Of a stretch of DNA of 24,000 nt, positions 1 to 9,382 are shown one piece after another (position 1 is the first letter of the stretch; each line of letters starts with the position of its first letter). The translations under genes were made by a program, and so were the position numbers. Location: contig CAWFIW010000007.1 in assembly GCA_963816095.1 (NCBI GenBank), forward strand, positions 497,511-521,510, in the 5' to 3' direction. This DNA is from an uncultured beta proteobacterium (GTDB taxonomy: Bacteria; Pseudomonadota; Gammaproteobacteria; Burkholderiales; Rhodocyclaceae). Below the pieces are notes generated by a model. It was not told where the DNA came from. It searched no databases and worked only from the letters and a program-made list of their open reading frames with translations.

Positions 1-1215
1 GTCGTGACCGGTCTGGGACTCGTCTCGCCGGTCGGCAATACCGTCGCCGAAAGCTGGAACGCCATTCTTGCTGGTACGAACGGCATCGGCCCGATCACCC
101 GTTTCGATGCCTCGGCCCACAAGGCGCGCATCGCCGGCGAAGTGAAGGGCTTCAATGTCGCTGATTATCTGTCGCCCAAAGAATCACGTCGCATGGATAT
201 TTTCATCCATTACGGCATGGCGGCGGGGATTCAGGCATTCCGCGATTCCGGTCTGGCGGCGACGCCAGAAAATGCCGACCGCATCGGGGTGAATATCGGT
301 TCGGGCATCGGTGGCCTGCCGATGATCGAAGATACACACCACGACTACCTTGCGGGTGGTCCGCGCAAGATTTCGCCCTTCTTCATCCCGGGCACGATCA
401 TCAACATGATCTCGGGCAACCTGTCGATCCTGCTCGGCCTCAAGGGGCCGAATATTGCCGTGGTGACGGCCTGTACAACCGGGCTGCACGCCATCGGCCT
501 GAGCTACCGCATGATTCAGTACGGCGATGCCGATGCAATGGTCTGCGGTGGCGCCGAATCTACGGTCACACCGCTGGCGGTTGGTGGCTTTGCCTCCGCG
601 CAAGCACTCTCCACACGCAACGACGATCCGGCAACGGCTAGCCGTCCGTGGGACAAGGGCCGCGACGGTTTTGTGCTGGGCGAGGGCGCGGGCGTGATGG
701 TGTTGGAGGAGTACGAACACGCCAGGCGCCGCGGCGCCCGGATTTACGCCGAACTGGCCGGCTTCGGCATGAGTGGCGACGCCTACCACATGACGGCACC
801 CGATACCGACGGCCCGCGGCGCAGCATGGTGAACGCGCTCAAGGACGCGGGCATCAACCCTGACCAGGTGCAGTACATCAATGCCCACGGTACCTCGACA
901 CCGCTCGGTGACAAGAATGAAACCGAGGCGATCAAGCTGGCCTTTGGTGACGCAGCGAAACAGCTGGTGGTGAACTCCACCAAATCGATGACCGGCCATC
1001 TACTCGGCGGCGCTGGCGGACTGGAGTCGGTACTGACCGCTTTGGCTGTGCATCATCAGGTTTCCCCGCCGACGATCAACATTTTCGAGCAGGATCCGGA
1101 GTGTGATCTTGATTACTGTGCCAATGTGGCGCGCGACCTGAAGATCGACATCGCCATCAAGAACAACTTCGGCTTCGGCGGTACCAATGGCACGCTCGCC
1201 TTCCGGCGCGTGTAG
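1..1215 (+). CDS. fabF: beta-ketoacyl-ACP synthase II (KAS II), 5' end cut by window edge
   Basis: Frame is open from base 1 ([13 protein letters not shown], the conserved KAS N-terminus just after the true start). Active-site Cys context [13 protein letters not shown]; His contexts [12 protein letters not shown] and [13 protein letters not shown]; C-terminal [17 protein letters not shown]. Stop TAG 1213-1215. Confidence 0.95.
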   Translation, partial: VVTGLGLVSPVGNTVAESWNAILAGTNGIGPITRFDASAHKARIAGEVKGFNVADYLSPKESRRMDIFIHYGMAAGIQAFRDSGLAATPENADRIGVNIGSGIGGLPMIEDTHHDYLAGGPRKISPFFIPGTIINMISGNLSILLGLKGPNIAVVTACTTGLHAIGLSYRMIQYGDADAMVCGGAESTVTPLAVGGFASAQALSTRNDDPATASRPWDKGRDGFVLGEGAGVMVLEEYEHARRRGARIYAELAGFGMSGDAYHMTAPDTDGPRRSMVNALKDAGINPDQVQYINAHGTSTPLGDKNETEAIKLAFGDAAKQLVVNSTKSMTGHLLGGAGGLESVLTALAVHHQVSPPTINIFEQDPECDLDYCANVARDLKIDIAIKNNFGFGGTNGTLAFRRV

Positions 1216-1250
1216 GGTACGCCCGCTTTAAAACGCGTTCAGGCCATCCC

Positions 1251-1571
1251 GTGCATTTGCCGGTAACGCTGCCCATTCGGCAATTTCGGCTATCCCGGTG
1301 GCTCAAGTGGACTCCTTGGCCTGGCCGCCGCGATATTGCAGCCCTGACGCTACGCGCCGATGGACGGATTCGTGTCAATCATGCCGATGGCACGAATTCT
1401 GAAGCCGACATCCATCCACAGTCGACGGTGTTTTCCTGGCTGGTGGTTCTGCTCTTTCGTCTGGATGGACGGCTGGAATCCCTGGTCCTGCCTCGCGCTG
1501 CGATGGACGCGGAGTCTCACCGCAAATTGCGCGTTTGGCTGAGATGGAAGCCTTTTACCGCGAAGGTTTGA
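1251..1571 (+). CDS. small hypothetical protein with YgfX/CptA-like C-terminal domain, no TM helices
   Basis: 106-aa ORF with a GTG start as called by the track; start uncertain. The segment [39 protein letters not shown] resembles, from memory, the C-terminal signature of the YgfX/CptA family (hydrophobic strand, then LWL..DSMD..EWR.LRR.L). The two N-terminal TM helices of E. coli YgfX are absent. The 3' end overlaps the nadB 3' end by 17 nt (convergent). Confidence 0.4.
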   Translation: MHLPVTLPIRQFRLSRWLKWTPWPGRRDIAALTLRADGRIRVNHADGTNSEADIHPQSTVFSWLVVLLFRLDGRLESLVLPRAAMDAESHRKLRVWLRWKPFTAKV

Positions 1572-3147
1572 GCACCGTATTGCGCGCCTTGGGCAGCATG
1601 TCGGGATAATCACGGCTGAAGTGCAAGCCGCGGCTTTCCTTGCGGCGCAGCGCGCATTCGACGATCAGATGTGCCGTCAAGACCAGGTTACGCAGCTCGA
1701 TGAGGTCGTTGCTGACGCGGAAATTTGCATAAAACTCGTCGATTTCCCGTTCCAGCAGGCGAATGCGATGCTTGGCACGCTCCAATCGCTTGGTGGTGCG
1801 CACGATACCGACATAGTCCCACATGAAGTGGCGAAGTTCGTCCCAGTTGTGGGAGATCACGATTTCCTCGTCCGCATCAGTGACGCGCGATTCGTCCCAA
1901 TAGGGCAGTTTCGGCGGCTTGACGGATTTCTGTGCGCGGATGTCGGCGGCAGCGGCTTCGCTGTAAACAAGACATTCGAGCAGCGAGTTGCTCGCCAGTC
2001 GGTTCGCTCCATGAAGTCCCGTACAGGACGCTTCGCCGAGCGCATACAGTCCTGGCACGTCAGAGCGTGCTGCCAGATCGACGACGATGCCGCCACAGGT
2101 ATAGTGCGCCGCCGGCACGACAGGGATTGGTTCCTTGGCGATATCGATACCCAGTTCGAGGCAGCGGGCGAAGATATTCGGAAAATGTTCGCGCAGGAAA
2201 GCTTCACCCTTGTGTGTCATGTCGAGGAAGACGCATTCGAGGCCGCGCTTCTTCATTTCGTAGTCGATGGCGCGGGCGACGATATCACGGGGTGCCAGTT
2301 CCGCCCGCTCGTCGTGGGTTGGCATGAAGCGCGTACCGTCGGGTAGGCGCAGGATGCCGCCTTCGCCGCGCATCGCCTCGGTAATGAGGAAGGACTTGGC
2401 GCGCGGGTGGTACAGGCAGGTCGGGTGGAACTGGATGAATTCCATATTTGCCACGCGACAGCCAGCGCGCCAGGCCATCGCGATGCCATCGCCCGTCGCA
2501 GTGTCCGGATTGCTGGTGAACAGGTAAGACTTGCCGGCACCACCGCTGGCGATGACCGTGTTGGGCGCGCTCAGCGTCAGCACCCGTTCGCTGTCAATAT
2601 CCAGAACATAGGCGCCCCAGCAGCGCTGGGTCTTGCGGCCAAGCTTGCTGCCCGTGATCAGGTCGATCACGATGTGGCGTTCCAGCACGGTGATGTTGGG
2701 ATGCTGGCGCACTTTCAGGCTAAGCGTTTGCTGAACAGAAGCGCCCGTGGCATCCGCGACGTGGATGACGCGGCGCGTACTGTGGCCCCCTTCGCGCGTC
2801 AGGTGGTAACCCGTGCTGTCGCTGTCGCGCGTAAAGGGAACACCCTGCTCGATCAGCCAGTCAATGGCAGTACGCCCGTGCTCGACGACGAAACGCGTGG
2901 CGACGGGATCGCACAGACCGGCGCCGGCGATCAGGGTGTCCTGAATGTGGGACTCGACCGAGTCAGTGCCGTCGAGTACGGCGGCGATGCCGCCTTGCGC
3001 GTAATTGGTCGCCGTATCGTCGATCATGCGCTTGGTCACCATCGCGACGCGATGTGTTTCGGCGAGGCGCAAAGACAGTGACTGCCCAGCCAGTCCGCTA
3101 CCGATGACGATGACGTCGAAGTCCTGCGAATAGTTGGATTTGGACAT
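1555..3147 (-). CDS. nadB: L-aspartate oxidase
   Basis: 530-aa ORF. N-terminal FAD Rossmann motif [19 protein letters not shown]; NYAQGGIAA; IASGGAGK; FIQFHPTCL; RGEGG; HYTCGGI; C-terminal capping-domain [14 protein letters not shown] at 3147-3145 on the minus strand. Confidence 0.95.
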   Translation of the reverse strand: MSKSNYSQDFDVIVIGSGLAGQSLSLRLAETHRVAMVTKRMIDDTATNYAQGGIAAVLDGTDSVESHIQDTLIAGAGLCDPVATRFVVEHGRTAIDWLIEQGVPFTRDSDSTGYHLTREGGHSTRRVIHVADATGASVQQTLSLKVRQHPNITVLERHIVIDLITGSKLGRKTQRCWGAYVLDIDSERVLTLSAPNTVIASGGAGKSYLFTSNPDTATGDGIAMAWRAGCRVANMEFIQFHPTCLYHPRAKSFLITEAMRGEGGILRLPDGTRFMPTHDERAELAPRDIVARAIDYEMKKRGLECVFLDMTHKGEAFLREHFPNIFARCLELGIDIAKEPIPVVPAAHYTCGGIVVDLAARSDVPGLYALGEASCTGLHGANRLASNSLLECLVYSEAAAADIRAQKSVKPPKLPYWDESRVTDADEEIVISHNWDELRHFMWDYVGIVRTTKRLERAKHRIRLLEREIDEFYANFRVSNDLIELRNLVLTAHLIVECALRRKESRGLHFSRDYPDMLPKARNTVLKPSR

Positions 3148-3176
3148 GATGAAACTGACTATAACATGATGGTTAT

Positions 3177-3204
3177 TGAACTATTCCCGATTTGCCGGGT
3201 CATT
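3177..3204 (+). promoter_or_regulatory. candidate sigma-E (ECF, AlgU/RpoE-type) autoregulated promoter of rpoE
   Basis: tGAACTA (3177-3183), a 16-nt spacer, then TCATT (3200-3204). Published consensus is GGAACTT-N16-TCAAA/TCTGA. It lies about 90 nt upstream of the rpoE ATG. Pattern match by eye only. Confidence 0.35.
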
Positions 3205-3294
3205 TGCGCAGTTGCATTAAGGAGCGGGATGTGCAAAAAGAGAAGACGGCTATACTGACGCCCCAATACATTTCGACGAGACAATCGCTACCTT

Positions 3295-3894
3295 ATGGGA
3301 GAGCGCGAAGCCGATCTGGTGCTGGTCGAGCGGGTTCAGGCCGGCGATCAGGAAGCCTTCGGGCTGCTGGTCAGAAAATATCAGCGCAAGCTGCTGCGTC
3401 TGGTGATGCGCATGGTGCGCGACCCGGGCGAGGCGGAGGATGTGACGCAGGAAGCCTTCATCAAGGCCTATCGGGCGCTGCCGAACTTTCGCGGCGACAG
3501 TGCCTTCTATACCTGGCTGTATCGCATCGGTGTCAATACCGCCAAGAACTGGCTGGTGGCTCATGGCCGACGCATGCCGACAATGACCGACATTGCGAGC
3601 AATGACTCGGAAGGCGTCGATGAAAGCATCCTGTTGCGCGACGACGAAACGCCCGATCGGGTGCTCATGTCGAGACAGATCGGAGAAGCAGTGAATACGG
3701 CAATGGACGCTCTTCCCGAGGACTTGCGCACGGCCATCAGCCTGCGTGAAATTGATGGCTTGTCCTATGAAGAAATTGCCCAGGTGATGGATTGTCCGAT
3801 TGGCACGGTACGTTCGCGGATCTTCCGCGCGCGCGAGGCGATAGCAGTGCGGCTGCGTCCCTTGGTCGATGCAACGCCTGATCGCAGATGGTAA
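3295..3894 (+). CDS. rpoE: ECF RNA polymerase sigma factor sigma-E (AlgU/RpoE)
   Basis: 199 aa. DLVLVERVQAGDQEAFGLLVRKYQRKL; region 2 EDVTQEAFIKAYRAL..F.GDSAFYTWLYRIGVNTAKN; region 4 LREIDGLSYEEIAQVMDCPIGTVRSRIFRAREAI. Followed by rseA/rseB/rseC. Confidence 0.95.
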   Translation: MGEREADLVLVERVQAGDQEAFGLLVRKYQRKLLRLVMRMVRDPGEAEDVTQEAFIKAYRALPNFRGDSAFYTWLYRIGVNTAKNWLVAHGRRMPTMTDIASNDSEGVDESILLRDDETPDRVLMSRQIGEAVNTAMDALPEDLRTAISLREIDGLSYEEIAQVMDCPIGTVRSRIFRAREAIAVRLRPLVDATPDRRW

Positions 3895-4499
3895 GCATGG
3901 AGAAAGCAATGAAGCAGGAACATCCGACGGAAATTTCGGCTCTTTTCGATGGTGAACTCGAAGAGCATGAGGTACGTTCTGCCGTCAGGACGGCATTGAA
4001 TGAAGACTCAAGCTGGCAGCTCTACGCACTGATCGGCGATGGACTGCGTGGCGATTGTCCGGATGCCCCGGACATGACGGCCAGCGTGATGAGCCGCATC
4101 CGTGAGGAACCGGTGGTGCTGGCCCCGCGCAAAGGGCAATCGGTGCAGCGACAGCATCCCATGCTGGCGCTGGCGGCGTCCGTGGCGGGCGTGGCAGTCG
4201 TTGGCTGGTTGGTGCTGACCGGCAATCCGCAGTCTCAGATGGCCGAAAGCGGTTTGGCTGCCTCCTCAGTCAATACGGCAAGGACGGTTGTCGCCGTCCT
4301 GCCAGCGCCGACTTTTGTCAACGCGCCTGCCAACGTGGCGAAAATTCAGTCCCAGGTATCCGACCCGATGCGAGTACAAGGCATGCAGAGCGACATGAGC
4401 GAATACCTACTGGCGCATCACGCACAGGCAGCGACCTTTCGCCTGGGAGACAGTACCAAGCAAGTCCGCACCGTCGCGATGAGTTCGGCGCGTCCATGA
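3888..4499 (+). CDS. rseA: anti-sigma-E factor RseA/MucA
   Basis: N-terminal RseA_N pattern ISALFDGELEEHE....W.LYALIGDGLRG. Single central TM segment MLALAASVAGVAVVGWLVL. Sits directly after rpoE. ATG 3888 overlaps the rpoE stop (ATGGTAA); in-frame ATGs at 3897 and 3909 are alternative starts. Confidence 0.85.
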   Translation: MVSMEKAMKQEHPTEISALFDGELEEHEVRSAVRTALNEDSSWQLYALIGDGLRGDCPDAPDMTASVMSRIREEPVVLAPRKGQSVQRQHPMLALAASVAGVAVVGWLVLTGNPQSQMAESGLAASSVNTARTVVAVLPAPTFVNAPANVAKIQSQVSDPMRVQGMQSDMSEYLLAHHAQAATFRLGDSTKQVRTVAMSSARP

Positions 4500-5500
4500 A
4501 GTTATTGGCCCCGAGCTGGTCAATCGGCTGGTTATGGCTTGCGGCAGGCTTCGTCAGTCCACTGGCCTGGAGCCAGGCCGTCTCCCTCCAGACGGACGCC
4601 ATGCAATGGTTGCAGCGTGCGACGTCCACTGCGCAGCAAGTCAGTTACAGCGGCACTTTCGTTTACCGCAATGGCAGCCGCAGCGAAACCTCACGCATCG
4701 TGCATCAGGCCAGCAACGGCAACCAGATGGAAAGGCTCGAGGTTCTGGATGGCACCCCGCGTGAAGTCATCCGGCATAATGACGAGGTCAGGTGCTACCT
4801 GCCCGAGAAACGCCTGGTCATCATCGAGCACAGCAGCGTACGCCGGACTTTCCCTGTCTTGCTACCCGTCAGCCTGACTGGCCTGAGCGACCATTACCTC
4901 ATCCGCAAGGGTTCCACCGAGCGCGTTGCCGGATTCGACAGCCAGATCGTCCGGCTCGAACCACGCGATGCCTGGCGCTTTGGCCACCAGCTTTGGGTGG
5001 ACGTCGGTTCCGGCCTGCTGTTAAAGGCGGATATCTTCGACGTACGCGGCGAGTCTCTCGAATCCATGGTATTTACGGATCTGCACATCGGTGAACCGGC
5101 CATACCGGATGCATTGAAGTCCAGATATGCCGCGGCTGCCAAGGGAAACTGGCAGATACGTCAGGCCAAATTGCGGGATCTGCGCGATGATGCCCAATGG
5201 TTGTTCCGCGCCGACCTGCCCGGCTTTAGACGACAGGCGTCGATGCGGCGCAGTACTGGAAAGGATGCAGAAGAGCTCAATATGCTCCATTGGGTATTTA
5301 CGGATGGACTGGCCTCGATGTCGGTTTTTATTTCGCCCCTGCGCCAGTCAACCGAATCCGGGGAAGAGAGCGTGCAGTCACTCGGCGCGCTGAGCGTACT
5401 GAAACGCGTCGTCGATGGCCATCAGATCGTGGTCATGGGCGATCTGCCGCCCGCGGCGGTCAAGCGCTTCGCCGAAGGCATTGGTGTACGCGGAAAATGA
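4496..5500 (+). CDS. rseB: sigma-E regulatory protein RseB/MucB (periplasmic)
   Basis: 334 aa. Signal-peptide-like N-terminus LLAPSWSIGWLWLAAGFVSPLAWSQA. MucB_RseB-like body (SYSGTFVY..., LEVLDGTPREVIR). ATGA overlap with the rseA stop; position between rseA and rseC. Confidence 0.85.
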   Translation: MKLLAPSWSIGWLWLAAGFVSPLAWSQAVSLQTDAMQWLQRATSTAQQVSYSGTFVYRNGSRSETSRIVHQASNGNQMERLEVLDGTPREVIRHNDEVRCYLPEKRLVIIEHSSVRRTFPVLLPVSLTGLSDHYLIRKGSTERVAGFDSQIVRLEPRDAWRFGHQLWVDVGSGLLLKADIFDVRGESLESMVFTDLHIGEPAIPDALKSRYAAAAKGNWQIRQAKLRDLRDDAQWLFRADLPGFRRQASMRRSTGKDAEELNMLHWVFTDGLASMSVFISPLRQSTESGEESVQSLGALSVLKRVVDGHQIVVMGDLPPAAVKRFAEGIGVRGK

Positions 5501-5979
5501 ATGAAACTGCTGCGCTCGTCGTCCGTCTTGAGGGTCAATATGCCTGGGTGCAGGCAGCCGGCCCAGGTTCGGCCTGCGGAGGTTGTGCCAGCAAGGATGG
5601 TTGCAGCACAGCCGGAATGGGCACAGTGCTCGACGATGCCACCGGGAAAACCCGCAAGCTGCAACTGCTGCGCCTGCCGAACACCATCCATGCCCGGCCG
5701 GGTGATGCGGTGGTAATCCGCGCCGCCGATGGCAAGGTCCTGACAGCGGTCTGGCGGGCCTATGGTGTCCCGCTGGTGCTTGCCCTGTTCTGTGCAATGC
5801 TCGCACTCGAATTGACCGGCAGTGAACTGGCAGCGTTTGCGGGGATGCTGTTCGGGCTGGGTGGCGGATTTCTGCTGATGCGCAGCAAGGGGCTTGACGC
5901 GGCGCAGGCGGAACCAATTTTGTCGATGGGCTTCAAAGACGCTCCCGTCAATTCTGTAAAGGATCACGAAACATGCTGA
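5497..5979 (+). CDS. rseC: sigma-E regulatory protein RseC/MucC
   Basis: True start is taken as ATG 5497 (MNETAALVVRLEGQYAWVQ...), an ATGA overlap with the rseB stop. Cys cluster CGGCASKDGC and two C-terminal TM segments, typical of the RseC/MucC family. The track ORF 5290..5979 is an upstream extension inside rseB. Confidence 0.8.
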   Translation: MNETAALVVRLEGQYAWVQAAGPGSACGGCASKDGCSTAGMGTVLDDATGKTRKLQLLRLPNTIHARPGDAVVIRAADGKVLTAVWRAYGVPLVLALFCAMLALELTGSELAAFAGMLFGLGGGFLLMRSKGLDAAQAEPILSMGFKDAPVNSVKDHETC

Positions 5980-7466
5980 CAACGAAGTTTCAGTGGAGGC
6001 GAATGCCGGATTCATCGGCGTTAAGCAAAGCGGCCGTAGCTATAACCTGGTTGCTGGCCATCTGGCTGATATTGCTCTCCGGCCTGGCACAGGCACAAAC
6101 CCGAGAGTTGCCTGACTTTGCCGACCTTGCTGAAAAGCAGGGCATTGCCGTCGTCAATATCAGTGCAACACAAGTCGTGCGAGAACGGCAACGCTTTGGC
6201 GGCCTCCCGTTCGACGAGGATGACCCGGCCCTTGAACTCTTCCGGCGGTTCGCCCCCAAAGCGTTTCCACCGGGGCATCCGGCGATGCCGCGCGAGTTCG
6301 AGAACAAGTCACTTGGCTCAGGCTTTATTGTCAACACGGATGGTTACATTCTCACCAACGCGCATGTCGTCGATGGCGCGGATGAGGTGGTCGTCAAACT
6401 GACCGACAAGCGCGAGTTCAAGGCCAAGGTAATCGGCGCAGACAAGCGCACCGACATCGCCCTGATCAAGATCGAGGCAAGCGGCCTGCCGAGCGTCCGC
6501 CTGGGCGATCCGGCCAAACTGCGGGTTGGTGAGTGGGTGGTGGCGATTGGTTCGCCTTTTGGCTTCGAAAGCACTGTCACGGCAGGCATCGTCAGTGCCA
6601 AGGGACGCTCGCTGCCCCAGGAAAACTTTGTTCCCTTCATCCAGACTGACGTGGCCATCAATCCGGGCAACTCCGGTGGGCCGCTATTCAACATGAAAGG
6701 CGAAGTGGTCGGTATCAACTCCCAGATTTATAGCCGTTCGGGCGGCTATCAGGGGATTGCCTTTGCCATTCCCATCGACGTGGCCATGGAAGTACAAGCC
6801 CAGTTGCGCACTTCGGGCAAAGTCAACCGCGGGCGCCTCGGGGTAGCGATCCAGGAAGTCACCAAGGAACTGGCGGATTCGTTCGGCTTGAGCAAGCCGT
6901 TAGGCGCGCTGGTCGCATCCGTGGAGAAGGGGAGTCCGGCGGACAAGGCGGGGCTCGAAGCGGGTGACGTCATTCTGCGCTTCAACGACAAGCCGGTCGG
7001 CCAGTCGTCCGATCTGCCGCGCATGGTTGGCAATACCAGGCCAGGCACCAGGGCAAGTCTGCATGTCTGGCGCAGCGGTGCGAGCAAGGATCTGACCGTG
7101 ACGGTAGGGGAAATGCCTGACGAACTGGCCACCGGCCGCACGCAACGTCGCGGCAAGCCGGCCGAAGCGGTTCCGGCGAACCGTCTGGGCCTCGTGCTGA
7201 GCGAGCCCACCGCCGAACAAAAGCGCCAACTGGGCATTCGCAACGGCCTGATCGTCGAGGATGTACGCAATGGCGCACGCAACGACCTGCGCCAGGGCGA
7301 TGTGCTCCTGGCCCTGATCCAGAGCGGCGTGCAGACCGAAATTCGTTCGCTGGATCAGTTCAACGGACTGCTGGCGAAAATCAATAAGGACAGCAACCTG
7401 ACCCTTCTGGTCAAACGCGGCGACAGTCAGACCTTTGTCACGATCAAGGGTGGCCAGGATAAGTAA
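5973..7466 (+). CDS. degP: periplasmic serine endoprotease DegP/DegQ/MucD (trypsin domain + 2 PDZ)
   Basis: Signal peptide ending LAQAQT. Catalytic-triad contexts TNAHVV (His), DIALIKI (Asp), GNSGGPLFN (Ser). Two PDZ-like segments (GALVASVEKGSPADKAGLEAGDVIL; GLIVEDVRNGARNDLRQGDVLL). Alternative start ATG 6003, preceded by GGAGG. Confidence 0.92.
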   Translation: MLTTKFQWRRMPDSSALSKAAVAITWLLAIWLILLSGLAQAQTRELPDFADLAEKQGIAVVNISATQVVRERQRFGGLPFDEDDPALELFRRFAPKAFPPGHPAMPREFENKSLGSGFIVNTDGYILTNAHVVDGADEVVVKLTDKREFKAKVIGADKRTDIALIKIEASGLPSVRLGDPAKLRVGEWVVAIGSPFGFESTVTAGIVSAKGRSLPQENFVPFIQTDVAINPGNSGGPLFNMKGEVVGINSQIYSRSGGYQGIAFAIPIDVAMEVQAQLRTSGKVNRGRLGVAIQEVTKELADSFGLSKPLGALVASVEKGSPADKAGLEAGDVILRFNDKPVGQSSDLPRMVGNTRPGTRASLHVWRSGASKDLTVTVGEMPDELATGRTQRRGKPAEAVPANRLGLVLSEPTAEQKRQLGIRNGLIVEDVRNGARNDLRQGDVLLALIQSGVQTEIRSLDQFNGLLAKINKDSNLTLLVKRGDSQTFVTIKGGQDK

Positions 7467-7758
7467 GCCGGTTCTGACTCTCTACGGCAGGAAATACTGC
7501 CACCTGTGTGAAGACATGCTCGCCGCGCTCGAAACTTTGCGCGGCGAGTTTTCGTTCGCAATCGAGGTCGTCGATGTTGATGCCGACCCTGTGCTGGAAC
7601 GAAAGTACAACGAACTCGTGCCAGTTCTTGTGGTTTCAGACTGCGAGCTTTGTCATTATTTTCTGGATGATGTGGTAGTAAGAGAATATCTCACTAGTAC
7701 TGCACACGGTGGGCAGGTCGTCTCGGCAGTTTCCGGCAGGTATGATGACGTACTGTGA
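7435..7758 (+). CDS. glutaredoxin-like protein (DUF836 / glutaredoxin_2 family)
   Basis: LTLYGRKYCHLCEDMLAALE...VDVDADPVLERKYNELVPVLV: thioredoxin-fold CxxC (CHLC) and family-typical layout. The track start ATG 7435 overlaps degP by 32 nt. In-frame GTG 7450 is an equally plausible start. Confidence 0.7.
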   Translation: MSRSRVARISKPVLTLYGRKYCHLCEDMLAALETLRGEFSFAIEVVDVDADPVLERKYNELVPVLVVSDCELCHYFLDDVVVREYLTSTAHGGQVVSAVSGRYDDVL

Positions 7759-7785
7759 TCTTTAATTGACCAGATTGGCTCTGAC

Positions 7786-9291
7786 TTGAATACCGCCGAT
7801 GTTTCTCTGTTCGCCGAAGACGCCGATGTCGAGTCGCTGAAGCACGCAGCAGCGGCGCTGAAGAGTTGGGACCTGCGTGGTCATCCGCTCGGCCTGCTGG
7901 AGTTGTTGCTGCTGGGTTTCTGCGCTCCACTACGAGGTTATCTGGGCCGTGCCGACTGCGCTGCCGTGTTGGCCGGGCAGCGGTTGTCCGACGGCCGGCC
8001 GTGGTCTTTGCCCGTGTTGCTGGAGGTAAGCTCCTCTCTTACCGAGTCGCTTGCTCCGGGCGAGCGCGTAGCACTACGGGATGCTGAGGGGGTGCTGCTG
8101 GGAATTCTGGCGGTTGAAGAGAAATGGTCGGCGACCGATCTGCCTGCAGAGATGATGACCGAACTGGCATCGCTGGGTTACGACGGAGGCGTTTTTCTCG
8201 CGGGGCCGGTGGTCGGGGTCGAAGCACCGGTGCATTACGATTTTTTAGCCTTGCGGCTGAATCCCGAGGAGTTGCGCGGCCAGTTTGCCAAGCGCGGCTG
8301 GCGCAAGGTGCTGGCCTGTCAGCCGGCGGAGATGATCCAGCGTGCCGAGGCGGCGCGCATCGTGCATGCGGCGTGCATTGCCCAAGCCAACGTGTTGGTG
8401 CTGGCCATGACAGCGGAAGAGCAGACGCTCACGCTCGATCACTACACGCGCATCCGCGTGCTGGAGCACGGCCTGCGCTACCTGCCCGAACGCGGGGCGT
8501 TGCTGTCGCTGCTGCCTTTGCCCGGGCCGCTGGCGTCGCCGCGCGAAGTATTGTGGCGGGCTTTGCTGGCCCGCAATGCGGGCGCGACGCATCTGCTGGT
8601 GGAACCGGAATGGTGGCACGGTGCGGCTGCCGGTACGCGGCAGGCCGTGGCGGCGCTGGCACGCGAAGCGGGAATCGAACTGGTGGATCTGCCGCGCTTC
8701 GCGTGCACCGAGGCGCTGAAGGACTATTTACCAGTGCCGGTGCCAGTGCGCGGACGGCAGGGCGTGACAGTATTCTTCACCGGCCTTTCCGGGGCGGGCA
8801 AGTCAACCATGGCACGTGTGCTGCTGTCTAAACTGCTGGAGGTCGGCGATCGCACCGTGACGCTGCTCGATGGAGATGTCGTGCGCAAGCATCTTTCCAG
8901 CGAGCTGGGCTTTTCGCGGGCGCATCGCGACCTGAATATTCAGCGCATCGGTTTTGTGGCAAGCGAGATTACCAAGCATGGCGGTATTGCGCTCTGCGCG
9001 CCGATTGCGCCCTACCGGGCGACGCGGCGCAAGGTGCGCGAGATGGTGGAGGCGCATGGCGGCTTCGTCGAGGTGCATGTGGCCACGCCGCTGGAAACCT
9101 GTGAAGCACGAGACCGGAAGGGGCTTTACGCCAAGGCACGGGCCGGGCTGATCAAGGAATTCACTGGCATCAGCGATCCCTACGAGGCACCGGAACACGC
9201 CGAACTGGTGATCGACACGCGCGATTGCACGCCGCTCGAAGCGGCGCAGATGATCATTGCCCGGCTGGAGGACGATGGGTTCATCCCTTGA
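7786..9291 (+). CDS. cysC: two-domain adenylylsulfate (APS) kinase with degenerate N-terminal ATP-sulfurylase-like domain
   Basis: C-terminal APS kinase signatures: VFFTGLSGAGKST (P-loop), LLDGDVVR, LGFSRAHRDLNIQRIGFV, CAPIAPYRATR, LYAKARAGLIKEFTGISDPYEAPE. The N-terminal ~320 aa are sulfurylase-like (LLELLLLGFCAPLRGYL, DGRPWSLPVLLEV). The catalytic motifs are replaced: ACQPAEMIQRAE instead of QTRNPxHRAH, and VEPEWWHG instead of VGRDHAG. TTG start at 7786 is the only start in the open frame consistent with the domain N-terminus. Confidence 0.85.
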   Translation: MNTADVSLFAEDADVESLKHAAAALKSWDLRGHPLGLLELLLLGFCAPLRGYLGRADCAAVLAGQRLSDGRPWSLPVLLEVSSSLTESLAPGERVALRDAEGVLLGILAVEEKWSATDLPAEMMTELASLGYDGGVFLAGPVVGVEAPVHYDFLALRLNPEELRGQFAKRGWRKVLACQPAEMIQRAEAARIVHAACIAQANVLVLAMTAEEQTLTLDHYTRIRVLEHGLRYLPERGALLSLLPLPGPLASPREVLWRALLARNAGATHLLVEPEWWHGAAAGTRQAVAALAREAGIELVDLPRFACTEALKDYLPVPVPVRGRQGVTVFFTGLSGAGKSTMARVLLSKLLEVGDRTVTLLDGDVVRKHLSSELGFSRAHRDLNIQRIGFVASEITKHGGIALCAPIAPYRATRRKVREMVEAHGGFVEVHVATPLETCEARDRKGLYAKARAGLIKEFTGISDPYEAPEHAELVIDTRDCTPLEAAQMIIARLEDDGFIP

Positions 9292-9382
9292 ACAACCTCA
9301 TGCCCGGACTGCTGTCGAGAATTTTTACACTTCTTGCCATGTTTTGAAAATCAATTTCCAATATTAAGATTTATCTAGTTGA

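Noticed and set aside
1621-3081. Plus-strand ORFs (1621-2346, 2407-3081) inside nadB, with similar antisense ORFs over fabF, rpoE, degP, prsT and earP
   Set aside because: All lie opposite confidently identified genes and lack motifs. They are explained by codon-position GC bias.
5290-5496. Upstream 69-codon extension of the rseC ORF (track start 5290)
   Set aside because: The extension lies inside rseB in another frame and is Arg-rich nonsense. The family-typical N-terminus MNETAALVV starts at ATG 5497, which overlaps the rseB stop.
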